Below, in pieces: positions 20,788 to 31,832 of a DNA stretch of 64,000 nt. Numbering within the stretch: position 1 is the stretch's first letter; the number at the start of each line of letters is the position of its first letter. The notes under the pieces were generated by a model. The model searched no databases. It was not told where the DNA came from and was given only the letters and a program-made list of their open reading frames with translations. The DNA is from Trypanosoma brucei (taxonomy: Eukaryota): assembly GCA_000002445.1 (NCBI GenBank), contig CP000070.1, positions 2,048,001 to 2,112,000 of the forward strand, in the 5' to 3' direction. The position numbers were made by a program, and so were the translations under genes.

Positions 20788-23700
20788 TCAAGCAGCACGC
20801 ATAGATTTGGGGAATCTGAAGGCCGGACCACCGTGGGTCTCGGTAGGGTACGGGTGGTAATATTCACCGGGACCCACGCCATTGCCTGCTTCAAACTCAG
20901 CGAAGCGATCGGCAGAAGCGAATGTGAAGGCAAGTACGGTGGGTCTTGCGTCAACGGGGTGGTGATATTCACCGGGACCGGGTGCGTCCTCCTGGGCAGA
21001 TTCCAGCGTCATAGAGCGTGGCCCCCTGCCGAAGGTAAATGCGGGGCCGGGTTTTAAGACGACTGGGCCACCTGTTAGATATGCCCCCGGTCCTGGAACA
21101 TCTTCTGCTCTGCACTGCACCTCCCGCTCCGCTGCCCCAAACGGTACGGCCTTTTGGTTTAGTGTGGAAGGGATAACGTACGCTGCAGGCCCGGGTGTTG
21201 CGTTCACCCGCACTTCAAATACGGCTGTCGAATCAACGGTGGGCAATGGACCGAAGGAAACTGCACGAGTTGTTTCGGTAGGTCGTGGACAATAGGCACC
21301 GGGGCCAGGGACATCTTCCGTTTGGCGGCCATCGCCGTACGTTGGTTTCCCTTTCAGAGTGAAGGCGGGACCTGAATGGCATTGCTGCATGTATCGATCC
21401 GTGTCGTAACTTCCGGGCCCAGGTAAACCATCACTGTTCTCGGCAGCGCCCGATGGCTTCCCCTTCACCGTAAAAGCTGGTCCCGGTTTAAACTGTTCTG
21501 CGTAGCTGCTTACGTTGTAGCTTCCGGGACCGGGGACGTCGGCGTCGACCCCGTCGCTGGTCACTTGTTTTCCTTTGAGCGTGAAGGCAGGGCCCGACTG
21601 AAATTGTTCCGTATAGCGGCTAACGTCGTAGCTACCGGGGCCAGGTACATCGGCGCTACCTTCAACTTGGGATGCTTTTCCTTTCAAAGTAAAGGCTGGG
21701 CCCGCCTGACACAGTTCCATGTAGCGATTGATATCGTAACTGCCAGGTCCCGGAGCATCAATACCATTCTCGCCATTATACGTGGCCTTGCCCTTTAGGG
21801 TAAACGACGGCCCTGCGTGGTGTTGTTCGAGGTAACGATTCGGATCGTAGCTCCCCGGACCTGGAGCGTCAGCTTCGTTGTCGTTTTGCGCTGATTTTCC
21901 CTTCAAAGTAAATGAAACCCCCGACTGACACTGCTTCAAATATCGATTCACATCGTAGCTTCCCGGCCCAGGAACGTCGCCATCGGCACTGTTACTGTTA
22001 AACGCATCCCTCCCTCGGAGAGTGAAGGCAGGACCCGCTTGACACCGCTCCAAGTACTGACTGGCATCATAGCTTCCAGGACCAGGGATATCAGGCCCCT
22101 TCTGCCCAGTGTCGCTTGGTTTCCCCCTTAACGTGAATGAAGGACCTGCCTGAGACTGTTCCATACAGCGATTGATATCATAACTGCCAGGTCCCGGAGC
22201 ATCAATACCATTCTCGCCATTATACGTGGCCTTGCCCTTTAGGGTAAACGACGGCCCTGCGTGGTGTTGTTCGAGGTAACGATTCGGATCGTAGCTCCCC
22301 GGACCTGGAACGTCAGCTTCGCTGTCATTGCCATTACACGCACCTTTTCCTCGAAGTGTGAACGCGGGTCCTGACTGAAACTGCTCCAAGTATCGGTTCG
22401 CATCATAACTACCGGGGCCGGGAATGCCAGCACTGTTTTCGTCAACGCAGGTTGGTTTTCCCTTCAACGAGAAGGCGGGGCCCATTTGGCACCTTTCCAA
22501 GTAGCTACTCGCGTCATAGCTTCCGGGACCGGGGACGTCAGCATCATGTCCGCCGACGGGGGCTGCTTTCCCTCTCAATGAGACCGACGGGCCGGCTTGG
22601 CATTGTTCGAGATAGCGATTTGGGTCGTAGCTTCCCGGACCAGGAACATCACCATTGCCACTGCTGCCGTTAAATGTACTTTTCCCTCGAAGAGTAAACG
22701 CACGACCCGCCCTACTTTCATCTATGTAGCGACTTGCATCGTAGCTCCCAGGACCAGGAAGGTCACCACCGTTTTCATTCTGTCCTGGTTTACTTTTAAG
22801 AGTGAATGCGGGCCCAGCTTGATATGCGTTCAGGTAACGGTTCGTATCGTAGCTACCGGGCCCCGGTACATCGGCATCTACCGTGGGGGCTTTCATGCGC
22901 TCTTCAGCACCAAAGGAATAGGTGTTGCCCGCTGTGGTGTTCCAGGTAGAGGGGATATCATAATCACCAGGTCCAGGACGCGATGAAGCATCATTCAGCT
23001 CTGCCGGCGAATGGCGCGGTGCCTGTGGGAACGACACACCATCCTTCGTACCTCTGGCCTCTGCGGGACTGTACGACGCCGGACCTGGACTCTCTCCCAC
23101 TGCGCCACCGCTGAGCCCAGGGAAGCGCTCGCTCGTGAAACGCATCGCTACGCCACCGTCCACAATACTCCCAAGCCCTCCACTGCTGACCTCGTAGTGA
23201 CCTGGTCCTGGCTGTTCTCTGAGATCGTTATTGTTGGCACCAACCCCTGTGGCAACACGGGGCGCTCGACCAATAAAGGGCCCTGAGGTCCGTTGCGCCG
23301 ATTGAATGCTGTATGCACCGGGCCCAGGTCCTTCGGTTTGGGCAGCTTGGCCATCTGGGAACCGCGCAGCCTTGACAAATGAAGTGGCCCCGCTCCCACC
23401 ATCGACCGCAGGAAATGCGGGCTGCACCGAGTACGTGCCAGGGCCTGGAAGTTCGGCTTTTTGCATATCAACCGCCATGCGATCCTGGGCAGCAGCCCGT
23501 CCGATGGAATACGCTATCCCCTCACGGTTTTCCACCCTTAGGTCGTAAGAACCTGGCCCTGGGGCATCTTCAATGCCACCCGTGTTTGCTACGTCCCTTT
23601 GTGCGGTGCCAAAAATAACGGAAGGTGTATCCGTCGGCAGCGCAGGGTTGTAGTGTCCAGGTCCCGGATGGTTTTGTCCACTGAGGTTGTTCAAACCTCC

Positions 23701-26700
23701 GCTTGTTTGGCGCGGCCCAATACCAAAGAGAGCTGCTGTTGCCGTTAGTGAGGGTTCTTGTGGGCTATATGTTCCTGGTCCGGGCCCATCCGTTCCTAGA
23801 GTGAGCGAAGCGTTTCTTCCTCCCATGGGGAAAGAGTATGCTTGGGAAGAGTCCCATTGCGGATGGTGGGGCATGTACTGCCCGGGTCCAGGGGCTTCGT
23901 CCTCCCCTCTCTCGGTTGCAAAGCGAGGACTTATGGGAAAGGCGGAAACAACGGCTCGGCGATGAGATAAATCTTCCCCAGTGTAGTCGTACTGCCCAGG
24001 CCCAGGGACGTCGCTTCCCTCAAGACTGGGCGCCTCCCGGGTAGCTGTGGGGAAGCGATAGACAGGTGCCGTCGGTGACGTTGTACGCGACGCCCCAACA
24101 TTATACGTTCCTGGTCCCGGCCCTTCCTCATGGTTCAAAGAACCCAAGGCACGTGGTTCGACACCGAACCGTGTGCCTGTAGCTGTGAGTGTGGGGATGG
24201 TGACATCGTAGGCTCCGGGGCCGGGTGTGGTTCCATCGTTCTCGGTAGCATCCTGTGGCATGCGAGGTTCCACTCCAAAAGAGTAGGCTGCTCCACCTAC
24301 CTTGGTGCTTAGGTCCTCCGGATGATATTGGCCAGGCCCGGGAAGAAGTGCGTGTTCTCGTTCCTTCAGATCGAGGACACGTGGCCCCCTGCTGAACACA
24401 GGAACACCAGCAGCCGCTGTGAGGGTTCCACGATCTTCTATTGAATAGTATCCAGGTCCCGGAGTGACGTCGTTGTCACCACCTGCAGCAGCCCCCGCAA
24501 CATTGTCGAACCGGGGTGCTGTTGTGAAGGAGACCGGACCGACTGGTGACGCGCCTCCAGTGGTCGGGTCTAACGAATACGCTCCGGGTCCCGGGATGCT
24601 CCAACTGTCTTCATGAGACTGTAGACGAGGTGCCATGCCAATTATGGCGGAGCGCGCACAAGAGGCCTTGCTATCGTGGGGATTGTAGTGACCCGGACCA
24701 ACCGCCAACTCGCCGTGCCGCTCCTCCTGTATTCGTCCATCCGCGGCGCTACCGAACGTGGTGTGAAAGGTGTGCGGGACGGGAAGGATAACTTCGTATG
24801 ATCCTGGACCGACACCGGGTCGCATAAGCGCTTCACGCTCTTCTGGTGATGTCGGGTGTTGCGGCGACGAACCAAAGACTACACCTGGGATCGTGCGTCC
24901 ATGTGGGTCTTTTGGAGCATACGCCCCAGGACCAGGGACAGCCTCTGCGGGATCAGCCCGCTGGGACGGTTTGCCACAAGATATGCCGAAGTTCACGACA
25001 TTAGTTGGGGTTGGGCTCTGCCGAGTGTCATATGCTCCAGGACCCGGTACCTCATTAAGTGTATCGGCAGCAAACCTGGGACCGGCGCTCCACACTGCCC
25101 CCGATGCAGGACCTTTAGGCACTTGGGGATCGTATGAACCTGGTCCAATCCCGTCGTTGCCATCGTGGTTCCCCACGGAGTGGTCGATGGTTAAAAGGCG
25201 TGGCTCTGTGCCAAACACTGCCGCCCCCCTGTACTCCGGAGGTCTCTCTATTGTGTAGGCCCCTGGTCCTGGGACATCTTGACGATCTTTTTCCCCACCG
25301 CTAGTCTGAAACCTTGCAGCTTCACCAATCACAACGGCCCGGGTGTTCGGCATCGGATCTTGTGGATCGTATTCTCCGGGTCCGGGAACTGACACACTGG
25401 GCTCTGGGCCGTCAAGTTTCTGACCGATTGAAAAAGACGGGCTATTCTTCGGCATGGCGATCTCGTACGCACCCGGGCCTGGTTTTTTTGCAGCTTCATC
25501 CTCGTTGAATGGTAATTCTCGTGGGGCACTTCCGAAGACAGCGGCACGGCCCCTCGTTCCCACATCCCCACAATCAGCATCGTAGTGTCCTGGTCCGGGG
25601 GTGGCCACCACACCGGCAGCCCCTTCAGCACCCGGTTCGCTACTCTCCGCAAATCGCGGTGCGGCGGCATTTAATAGAGGCGACACGACCCGTGGCTCCT
25701 GTACAGTGGTAAGTGCTGTGTAAGTGCCTGGCCCCGGCACATCAGCACAGCAGTCGAAGCCAAGCGTTGATACTCGTTGTGCGGTACCCATGATGGCAGA
25801 CCGCACGGGACTGGTCTGTCTCTCTGTCTCGTAAGTTCCCGGTCCGGGGAGCGTCTCAGCAACTTTCGTCCCTTCGTGCAGCACACGCGGCGCTGTAGGG
25901 AATAAGGGCGCAGAGGAATGCGAATGTTTTAGCTCATATGTGGAAACACTGTACTCACCAGGTCCTGGGGTAGGATGGGGCTCGAGAGGTGCCGAGGGCG
26001 ACTCCGACACAAGCCACCGTGGACCGGTAGACATTTGTGGCAATTCGTAGTGGCCGGGACCAGGCGTTGTATCCACCCGCTCTGCTGGTCGGCGTCCCAT
26101 AAGGTAGGCTGGACCACTTTCCCTCCTGACGGGTTCATATGCCCCAGGTCCAGGTACTTCATGAGGGGAAGTGCGCTCCTTGCTCCACGGAGATCCACCA
26201 CGTCTTACGTTCGTTATCACGGCACTGCGACCACTGACGGCTGTGCACCTGTCGCTTGGCACAGAAGCGGTATCGTACGTGCCTGGACCTGGTACGTTCG
26301 CTGGTTCAGAAGGTGGTGAAGAAGTGAGTGGCACTCGTCCATAACGTAGTAACTTCGCACGACCAAATGAGAAAGCAGGAGGGCTCCTCCGCCGCGCGTC
26401 GGAGAGTGTCGCGGCTTCTGGGTGATATTCGCCAGGTCCTGGTATGAGCACCGCCTCCTTTGTGGGAAGTATAGAAAGCTGACGACGACTACTCGATAGG
26501 GTGCGGGCACTTTTCTTTGATGAGGTTTCTGTCATACTCTTTTCCTTGACGTCGTACGCTCCGGGCCCGGGAAAATTATTGACAGCATGCAACTTTCGTT
26601 CTGCCCGTCCAATTAGCACCCCCCCAGTGGCCGTTTTCCCGGGGGACAATGCAGACATACCTAATTCACCAGACACATCGTACGCCCCAGGACCCGGTGA

Positions 26701-27975
26701 CACCCCCGCCGAGGCACCATCAACTCGTTTTGTTGGTTTCAAGTATGAAGGCACGCTGCCATGTACGTCTGAGTCTCCCACTGCCCGCTGACCGCTTCGG
26801 ACTTCCTCCTCACTTCTGCCGCGCCTTCGTTGACTGGAGCGGTGCTTCGGATGTGTATTAGTGTCAGATGTGTCTACAGCGAAAATAGTGCACCGAGGTG
26901 AAATTCCGAATACGGCACCCCGATTGGAGAGCCGTCCTACAAGCCGCGGCGACACCACCGAGGGAGATTTCTGAAAACTATCATGTGCCTTTGTCGCACC
27001 GCTTTTTTTGTTGCTATTTTTCTTTGTGCTGCTGCCGCAAGGTTGAGCAGCCTCACTGCCGGAGTTGCTGCGGCTGCTGGTGTGATCGTCATTGTCCCCC
27101 TCTGTACACACTGTTCTCAGTGACTGACAAGGGCAGTCGGACGCGTGAGCCGCGGGATTCTTCGGTGCGTCGATATCAGGCATTTGCTTCCAATAACACT
27201 GACAGAGTATTTCCATTTGTCTCTTGAGTAGCTCATTCTTCTCCGCCTTCTGTTCCACCACCTCAACCCCCGTGTGATGTGGACCGCTTGTGTGACTTTT
27301 CTTACTATGCCCAGCTTCAGCACCCCGTCCGCGGTAGCAGTCCCCACTGTCGTTATTGCTGTCATCCGCAATGAAGTACGATCCGGGCCCTGGTGACGTA
27401 TCTTTTCGTATCGGTTCAGACATCCCCTTCCGACCACTTCCGAATGTAGATGGGGGGAAGCGATGCTGTGAACTTCTAGTGACCGTAGCAGCATTAACCA
27501 CCCGACCAGTCGGAGTGCTATAAGGTATCTTCACTTTCTCCGCTGATGCCTCATGAGGCCGACGGCACTTTGTAGCAGCCAACTGGGAGTTGTGACGACG
27601 AACGTGCTGGCATCCGGAAGACGCCTTGGGGCCCATGGACGTGCACTCGTGAGCACACGAGCACCCACATTGAGATGCGCAAGTCTCTGCAGCTTCGTCA
27701 GGCTCCTTCGTCTCCGTTGCTGGAAGTGCGCATCTTGTCTCTGGTTTTGGTGGTGCCGCTGATGCGCAAGAGGACGCAGCCTGCGTACCTCGCTGCTTGA
27801 AGTGGTGAGCTGCCCCGCGCGTGGGAGCCCCTTTTCTGGCTGCAGCCGCTTCCTTCTCCATTATCATATCGACGGAGGCCAAAATACTCGCGTACATAAC
27901 ATCTACTTGCGCTTGGACATCGTTCACATCGACATCATTCTCCTTCACTAGCGACAACTTACTGTACGTATCCAT
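20788..27975 (-). CDS. Giant sperm-tail PG-rich repeat (STPGR/SHIPPO-like) protein, 2395 aa. It has more than 60 PGPG[SAET]Y motifs and a regular C-terminal tandem array.
   Basis: 7.2-kb ORF. The motif [VIL]PGPG.Y recurs throughout (FPGPGAYDV, IPGPGEYHP, VPGPGTYDT ...). The C-terminal third has about 14 near-identical ~38-aa units: DVPGPGSYDxNRYLEQxQAGPAFTLKGK + ~10 aa. Confidence 0.8.
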   Translation of the reverse strand: MDTYSKLSLVKENDVDVNDVQAQVDVMYASILASVDMIMEKEAAAARKGAPTRGAAHHFKQRGTQAASSCASAAPPKPETRCALPATETKEPDEAAETCASQCGCSCAHECTSMGPKASSGCQHVRRHNSQLAATKCRRPHEASAEKVKIPYSTPTGRVVNAATVTRSSQHRFPPSTFGSGRKGMSEPIRKDTSPGPGSYFIADDSNNDSGDCYRGRGAEAGHSKKSHTSGPHHTGVEVVEQKAEKNELLKRQMEILCQCYWKQMPDIDAPKNPAAHASDCPCQSLRTVCTEGDNDDHTSSRSNSGSEAAQPCGSSTKKNSNKKSGATKAHDSFQKSPSVVSPRLVGRLSNRGAVFGISPRCTIFAVDTSDTNTHPKHRSSQRRRGRSEEEVRSGQRAVGDSDVHGSVPSYLKPTKRVDGASAGVSPGPGAYDVSGELGMSALSPGKTATGGVLIGRAERKLHAVNNFPGPGAYDVKEKSMTETSSKKSARTLSSSRRQLSILPTKEAVLIPGPGEYHPEAATLSDARRRSPPAFSFGRAKLLRYGRVPLTSSPPSEPANVPGPGTYDTASVPSDRCTAVSGRSAVITNVRRGGSPWSKERTSPHEVPGPGAYEPVRRESGPAYLMGRRPAERVDTTPGPGHYELPQMSTGPRWLVSESPSAPLEPHPTPGPGEYSVSTYELKHSHSSAPLFPTAPRVLHEGTKVAETLPGPGTYETERQTSPVRSAIMGTAQRVSTLGFDCCADVPGPGTYTALTTVQEPRVVSPLLNAAAPRFAESSEPGAEGAAGVVATPGPGHYDADCGDVGTRGRAAVFGSAPRELPFNEDEAAKKPGPGAYEIAMPKNSPSFSIGQKLDGPEPSVSVPGPGEYDPQDPMPNTRAVVIGEAARFQTSGGEKDRQDVPGPGAYTIERPPEYRGAAVFGTEPRLLTIDHSVGNHDGNDGIGPGSYDPQVPKGPASGAVWSAGPRFAADTLNEVPGPGAYDTRQSPTPTNVVNFGISCGKPSQRADPAEAVPGPGAYAPKDPHGRTIPGVVFGSSPQHPTSPEEREALMRPGVGPGSYEVILPVPHTFHTTFGSAADGRIQEERHGELAVGPGHYNPHDSKASCARSAIIGMAPRLQSHEDSWSIPGPGAYSLDPTTGGASPVGPVSFTTAPRFDNVAGAAAGGDNDVTPGPGYYSIEDRGTLTAAAGVPVFSRGPRVLDLKEREHALLPGPGQYHPEDLSTKVGGAAYSFGVEPRMPQDATENDGTTPGPGAYDVTIPTLTATGTRFGVEPRALGSLNHEEGPGPGTYNVGASRTTSPTAPVYRFPTATREAPSLEGSDVPGPGQYDYTGEDLSHRRAVVSAFPISPRFATERGEDEAPGPGQYMPHHPQWDSSQAYSFPMGGRNASLTLGTDGPGPGTYSPQEPSLTATAALFGIGPRQTSGGLNNLSGQNHPGPGHYNPALPTDTPSVIFGTAQRDVANTGGIEDAPGPGSYDLRVENREGIAYSIGRAAAQDRMAVDMQKAELPGPGTYSVQPAFPAVDGGSGATSFVKAARFPDGQAAQTEGPGPGAYSIQSAQRTSGPFIGRAPRVATGVGANNNDLREQPGPGHYEVSSGGLGSIVDGGVAMRFTSERFPGLSGGAVGESPGPASYSPAEARGTKDGVSFPQAPRHSPAELNDASSRPGPGDYDIPSTWNTTAGNTYSFGAEERMKAPTVDADVPGPGSYDTNRYLNAYQAGPAFTLKSKPGQNENGGDLPGPGSYDASRYIDESRAGRAFTLRGKSTFNGSSGNGDVPGPGSYDPNRYLEQCQAGPSVSLRGKAAPVGGHDADVPGPGSYDASSYLERCQMGPAFSLKGKPTCVDENSAGIPGPGSYDANRYLEQFQSGPAFTLRGKGACNGNDSEADVPGPGSYDPNRYLEQHHAGPSFTLKGKATYNGENGIDAPGPGSYDINRCMEQSQAGPSFTLRGKPSDTGQKGPDIPGPGSYDASQYLERCQAGPAFTLRGRDAFNSNSADGDVPGPGSYDVNRYLKQCQSGVSFTLKGKSAQNDNEADAPGPGSYDPNRYLEQHHAGPSFTLKGKATYNGENGIDAPGPGSYDINRYMELCQAGPAFTLKGKASQVEGSADVPGPGSYDVSRYTEQFQSGPAFTLKGKQVTSDGVDADVPGPGSYNVSSYAEQFKPGPAFTVKGKPSGAAENSDGLPGPGSYDTDRYMQQCHSGPAFTLKGKPTYGDGRQTEDVPGPGAYCPRPTETTRAVSFGPLPTVDSTAVFEVRVNATPGPAAYVIPSTLNQKAVPFGAAEREVQCRAEDVPGPGAYLTGGPVVLKPGPAFTFGRGPRSMTLESAQEDAPGPGEYHHPVDARPTVLAFTFASADRFAEFEAGNGVGPGEYYHPYPTETHGGPAFRFPKSMRAA
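21310..22880 (-). repeat. Intragenic tandem array of ~114-bp units (about 14 copies) encoding the STPGR repeats. It includes a ~98%-identical ~150-bp duplication (≈21721-21880 vs ≈22161-22320).
   Basis: Nucleotide strings such as cgattgatatc[g/a]taactgccaggtcccggagcatcaataccattctcgccattatacgtggccttgccctttagggtaaacgacggccctgcgtggtgttgttcgaggtaacgattcggatcgtagctccccggacctgga recur about 440 bp apart. The encoded peptide repeat is seen directly. Confidence 0.8.
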
Positions 27976-28514
27976 ACAAATGTCCCTGCGTGATAGTGTG
28001 AATTATTGAAAAAGATAAAGGCAACAATGTAGCAATCAGTGGTTTTAGGGGAAACGGTACTTGCACGCGCAGCGACGCACGGAAGGTGGTGGGGACAAAC
28101 AAACAAGTGCCGCCCCTACAATAATAGTAATAATAACGATAATAATAGCGGTAATATAGGGGGTAATAACAGATTCCAAGGAAACGTACGCTCAAAATTC
28201 AGAAGGTGCTTTGGTCTGCAAGCAGTAACTCACCGTGGATTAATACACACGGTTTCATACTAGCAACTCAAGAAAAGCACCTGCACTTGCACATGCATGA
28301 AAAATAGAAATAAAAAAAAATTAAAGTAATTTGAGAAAATAAGCAACCGTAACCGTAAATAATGAAACTACTGCACCGTCTCAAATAATTCATTCGTACC
28401 GAACCCTCCTAAGAGAAAAAAAAAACGTACGACGCAAACACATCCCTCTCAGAACCATTCCTTCCCTGCGTTAATCCGCGTCGTTTCCCCTCCTTTTCCC
28501 CACGTCTGCTTGCT

Positions 28515-30605
28515 TCACAGTCCGTATATACGGGACTTGCGCGGGGCGTCTATCACGAAGGAAAAATCAACTCTTCGTGACTCTCCAGGCTTAAGAACAA
28601 CTTCGATGTTCACCTCTCCTTCCGTCTCGAAGCCCCGTCTCTTTTCCTCGTCGTCAACTGCGTAATTTGCAGGCTCAATGAGCTGCACGACGAGCTCTTC
28701 GTCATCCGACTTGGGTATGTGTTCCCGCAACGTTAGCGTCACAGTCTCCATCGGCTTTTTGTTTGTGAGCGTAGTGGTGTAGGAGTACGTGACGCGACTC
28801 CTTCCGTTGGATCCGGGGAGACTGAATCCGAGAAATTTATCAGCATCATCGTGCTTTTTGGTGAGGAAATCCCTGCGAACCTCGATGCTGGGGTCCACGC
28901 CAAAGTAAATTCTCAGCTTCTCCCCGGGTGGGGTGCGTTCAAGCATGGAATTGGCGACAAAATCACCATCGAGCTGCACAGATGCTTTACCGGCAAGTAT
29001 CAGTAACGCACCCTCACTGTCGTTTGTCCCTTCGTTCGTGCACGTTGCCGTAGCATAAGCAGCTTCCGATACACCGGGTACAGTAACATAATTCACCTCC
29101 GCCTCCCAGCGGCGGGTGGCGATGGGGACTCGAAGCTCCGTCTGTGCGTCCACGGCAGATCGAGTCAAGGCCCGGATTGAGTAGCGACCCGGCAATGTGA
29201 AGTTCATCACACCTCCGGGTCCATCTTCGTTGCCAGCCACATTCCAAGGTTCATCCGGTAGCTCTTGCTCGTCATCGCTACTGTCGCTGCTTTCACCCGA
29301 AGCGTCACCGAAGGGCCCAGCGGGTTTGCCCTCCTTAGCATTACCAGTACTGGAGGTGCCACACGAATTTACTCCGGAGACTTCTAGCCGCCATGGCTTA
29401 AGTTTGGCCCCCCTTCCGGCATGACGCCGTGGTGCCGCTGAAGAAAGTGTAAGGGCCACATCATCGAAGTCCTCCACGCCGCCAGAGACAACAGCATTGT
29501 ACTGAAGTGTTACCTCACGTTTTTGGCTGTCTAGGGCAACTTCATACTCACACCGCCAGGAGGCATCGTGCGAAATATACAACACAAACACCGTCGACTC
29601 TAATATCCTTTCCATTGTTCTCACCACAATACAGCAAAAGCGATGACGACCCGCGGAAGCCGATGACTCTCTCGTACTTGTTGCCTCCACGTCTGGTATA
29701 TCTAACCACCGCAGAGCAGTGTTGCGTTCTCCCTCAACTTCAAAGATACGGCGGTTCATTAGTTCGATTTGACGTTCAATATCCATCTCCTCCTTCTCCA
29801 GCTGCGTGTCCTCACTCTGCAGCCGCCGCTTCTCTTTGAGGTACTGTCGTGTCCGTTCCTCCACGCCGTCAATCTGCATCTTCCAAAAATCTGTCACCAG
29901 GGCGTCAGCGAGTTCATCGGTGAGGGGGCCGCACGCGCGGTCGAATAAATTCGTGGCTATATCTACCCCGTGGTTCAGTTCCTCCTGCTGAAGTTTGTTC
30001 ACAGCCCGTTTCCTTACCACCCGCTCTAACTTCGCCTCCATGGTACGGAGATCCTTTTTCACATTCAGCGCATCCTCGGCAACACCTTCGTGGCTGCCGT
30101 CCGTGGCGGGATCCTCTTCAATGTTCTCGAAGAACACCCCACAGACGAGAACGCGCTCGCTAGTGTACGCATCGAAGCGAACCTGCACCGAGTCTTGATC
30201 AAATGACGGGGGCATAGCGAAGTAAATGTGCACCTCCCTTCCCTCCACTTCTTCTTCTTCCAAGTCTTCCTTGTTTTTTTCATTAACCAGGCGCCGTTGT
30301 GGTTCTACAACTCCACTGGGGTAACTTCCTGCATCTGTTTCCACCTTGACACTACTATTACTACTGTCCCTGGTATTGGCAGTGACGTCACGAACACTCA
30401 TTTGGTCCACAACGTCCGTGGAGGCAACCGGGGTATTCGCTGGCGTGCGGGGAGAAGTGTTTATGGTGTCGTCGAATGGCAGCTTTATCTTCGCGTAGCG
30501 CCGTACATGTGCCTGTCCCTTGTACATCGTGACTGCGTCCACCTTGGAGGCCGTGCGAATAATATCCGCACTCCAGTTGCCATTACCACTTGGCAGGGAT
30601 GACAT
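28515..30605 (-). CDS. Conserved hypothetical protein, DUF4140/DUF4139 (MuiA-like) architecture with a central coiled coil, 696 aa.
   Basis: 696-aa ORF. The N-terminal segment VTMYKGQAHVRRYAKIKLPFDD resembles the DUF4140 V.VY...A.V.R pattern. There is a central heptad region (LEKEEMDIERQIELMNRRIFEVEGER). The C-terminal RVTYSYTTTLTNKKPMETVTLTLREHIPKSDDEELVV resembles DUF4139. Assignment is from memory of the family pattern. Confidence 0.45.
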   Translation of the reverse strand: MSSLPSGNGNWSADIIRTASKVDAVTMYKGQAHVRRYAKIKLPFDDTINTSPRTPANTPVASTDVVDQMSVRDVTANTRDSSNSSVKVETDAGSYPSGVVEPQRRLVNEKNKEDLEEEEVEGREVHIYFAMPPSFDQDSVQVRFDAYTSERVLVCGVFFENIEEDPATDGSHEGVAEDALNVKKDLRTMEAKLERVVRKRAVNKLQQEELNHGVDIATNLFDRACGPLTDELADALVTDFWKMQIDGVEERTRQYLKEKRRLQSEDTQLEKEEMDIERQIELMNRRIFEVEGERNTALRWLDIPDVEATSTRESSASAGRHRFCCIVVRTMERILESTVFVLYISHDASWRCEYEVALDSQKREVTLQYNAVVSGGVEDFDDVALTLSSAAPRRHAGRGAKLKPWRLEVSGVNSCGTSSTGNAKEGKPAGPFGDASGESSDSSDDEQELPDEPWNVAGNEDGPGGVMNFTLPGRYSIRALTRSAVDAQTELRVPIATRRWEAEVNYVTVPGVSEAAYATATCTNEGTNDSEGALLILAGKASVQLDGDFVANSMLERTPPGEKLRIYFGVDPSIEVRRDFLTKKHDDADKFLGFSLPGSNGRSRVTYSYTTTLTNKKPMETVTLTLREHIPKSDDEELVVQLIEPANYAVDDEEKRRGFETEGEVNIEVVLKPGESRRVDFSFVIDAPRKSRIYGL

Positions 30606-31832
30606 TTGTATGGAATGACGACACGGGATAATATCAAAAATAACGGACGATATTACGCGTATATGTTTGTTTGCATCCTAATAGCGTTTTCCGTTTATTA
30701 ACGGGTTTGCAAACGGTGACCGGTAAGTGGTGGGGAAAGGAGAAATGCAAAAGAAAAAAGAAGCGATTGTGGTAAAAAACTCACACACACCAAATGTATA
30801 CACAAACGTATATATACGCGGTGTGTGTGTGTGGGGAATGCACAGGGAAGTTCTTGTATATTTTTCGGTTACAGGGAATCACTACGGGTCCTGCGCCGGA
30901 TCTTCGCCTTGCATATCTCCCCTTTCTTTCTTTCTCCCTCTCTTGATATGCACATGCTACCGATATCACTGACTGAATCAAGTGAGAGCTCCCCCCAATC
31001 CCGGGAAGATTTCCTCCCTTTTGTGGGTAACGCGTTCACGCATCATCCTAACCTCAAGCCTTCCAACACGGTTATATTTGCAGGCAGTATGATCTCCATC
31101 GGTTCCTCACAAGCCGTGATCTGCATTATTCTCCCGTTCACACACCTCCTCGCTTTTGCCACAAAGACTGCTGTTTCGTTACTGCATTCAATAGTTACCG
31201 CCTCACGACATCATTCCAATAACCAACACCTTACCGTCCAATTGCGGTTGCTGCCCTTTCGAACCTCTTCGTGTATGTGGAGGCGCATGAACACTTCCCC
31301 CCCCCCCCAACAACAACAGAACAACAAAGACAGCACACATGTACACGTTTGTGTCTCACGCACGTGCGCTCTCCACCACATCACATATTTGCCAAGTTAT
31401 GCATACAAGTTTGTATTCGCGCTTGCGGCAAGACATACAGGCCAGGCGGGCAAGGGGGAGGGGAGCTACAGTACTGTGTGATTTTACGCTACGAAAACAT
31501 GGAATTGGCTGACCATTAACTTGCAAAAACAGAGAAAAAACGATTGCAACCGAACGCATAAGGCGCAAGAGACCGAGCATGCTGCAGACGGCATAAAAAT
31601 AAATCATATCCAGTACACTAGGCAAAAAAGACATACAATACACGAACCAATTCACTGACTGCCACAATGACACTTTCACTCCAATGTACACCCAGAAACG
31701 TAATTCTCCCTTTCCATTCGTTCTTCCCCTATCTAGCTCCCTATTTGTTTTTCTATGAAAATGTTCATGTATGAGTTTTTTCTATCGTTATCGCAATTGT
31801 GCATAGAACGACCGTGCAGCAACATAACTTTG

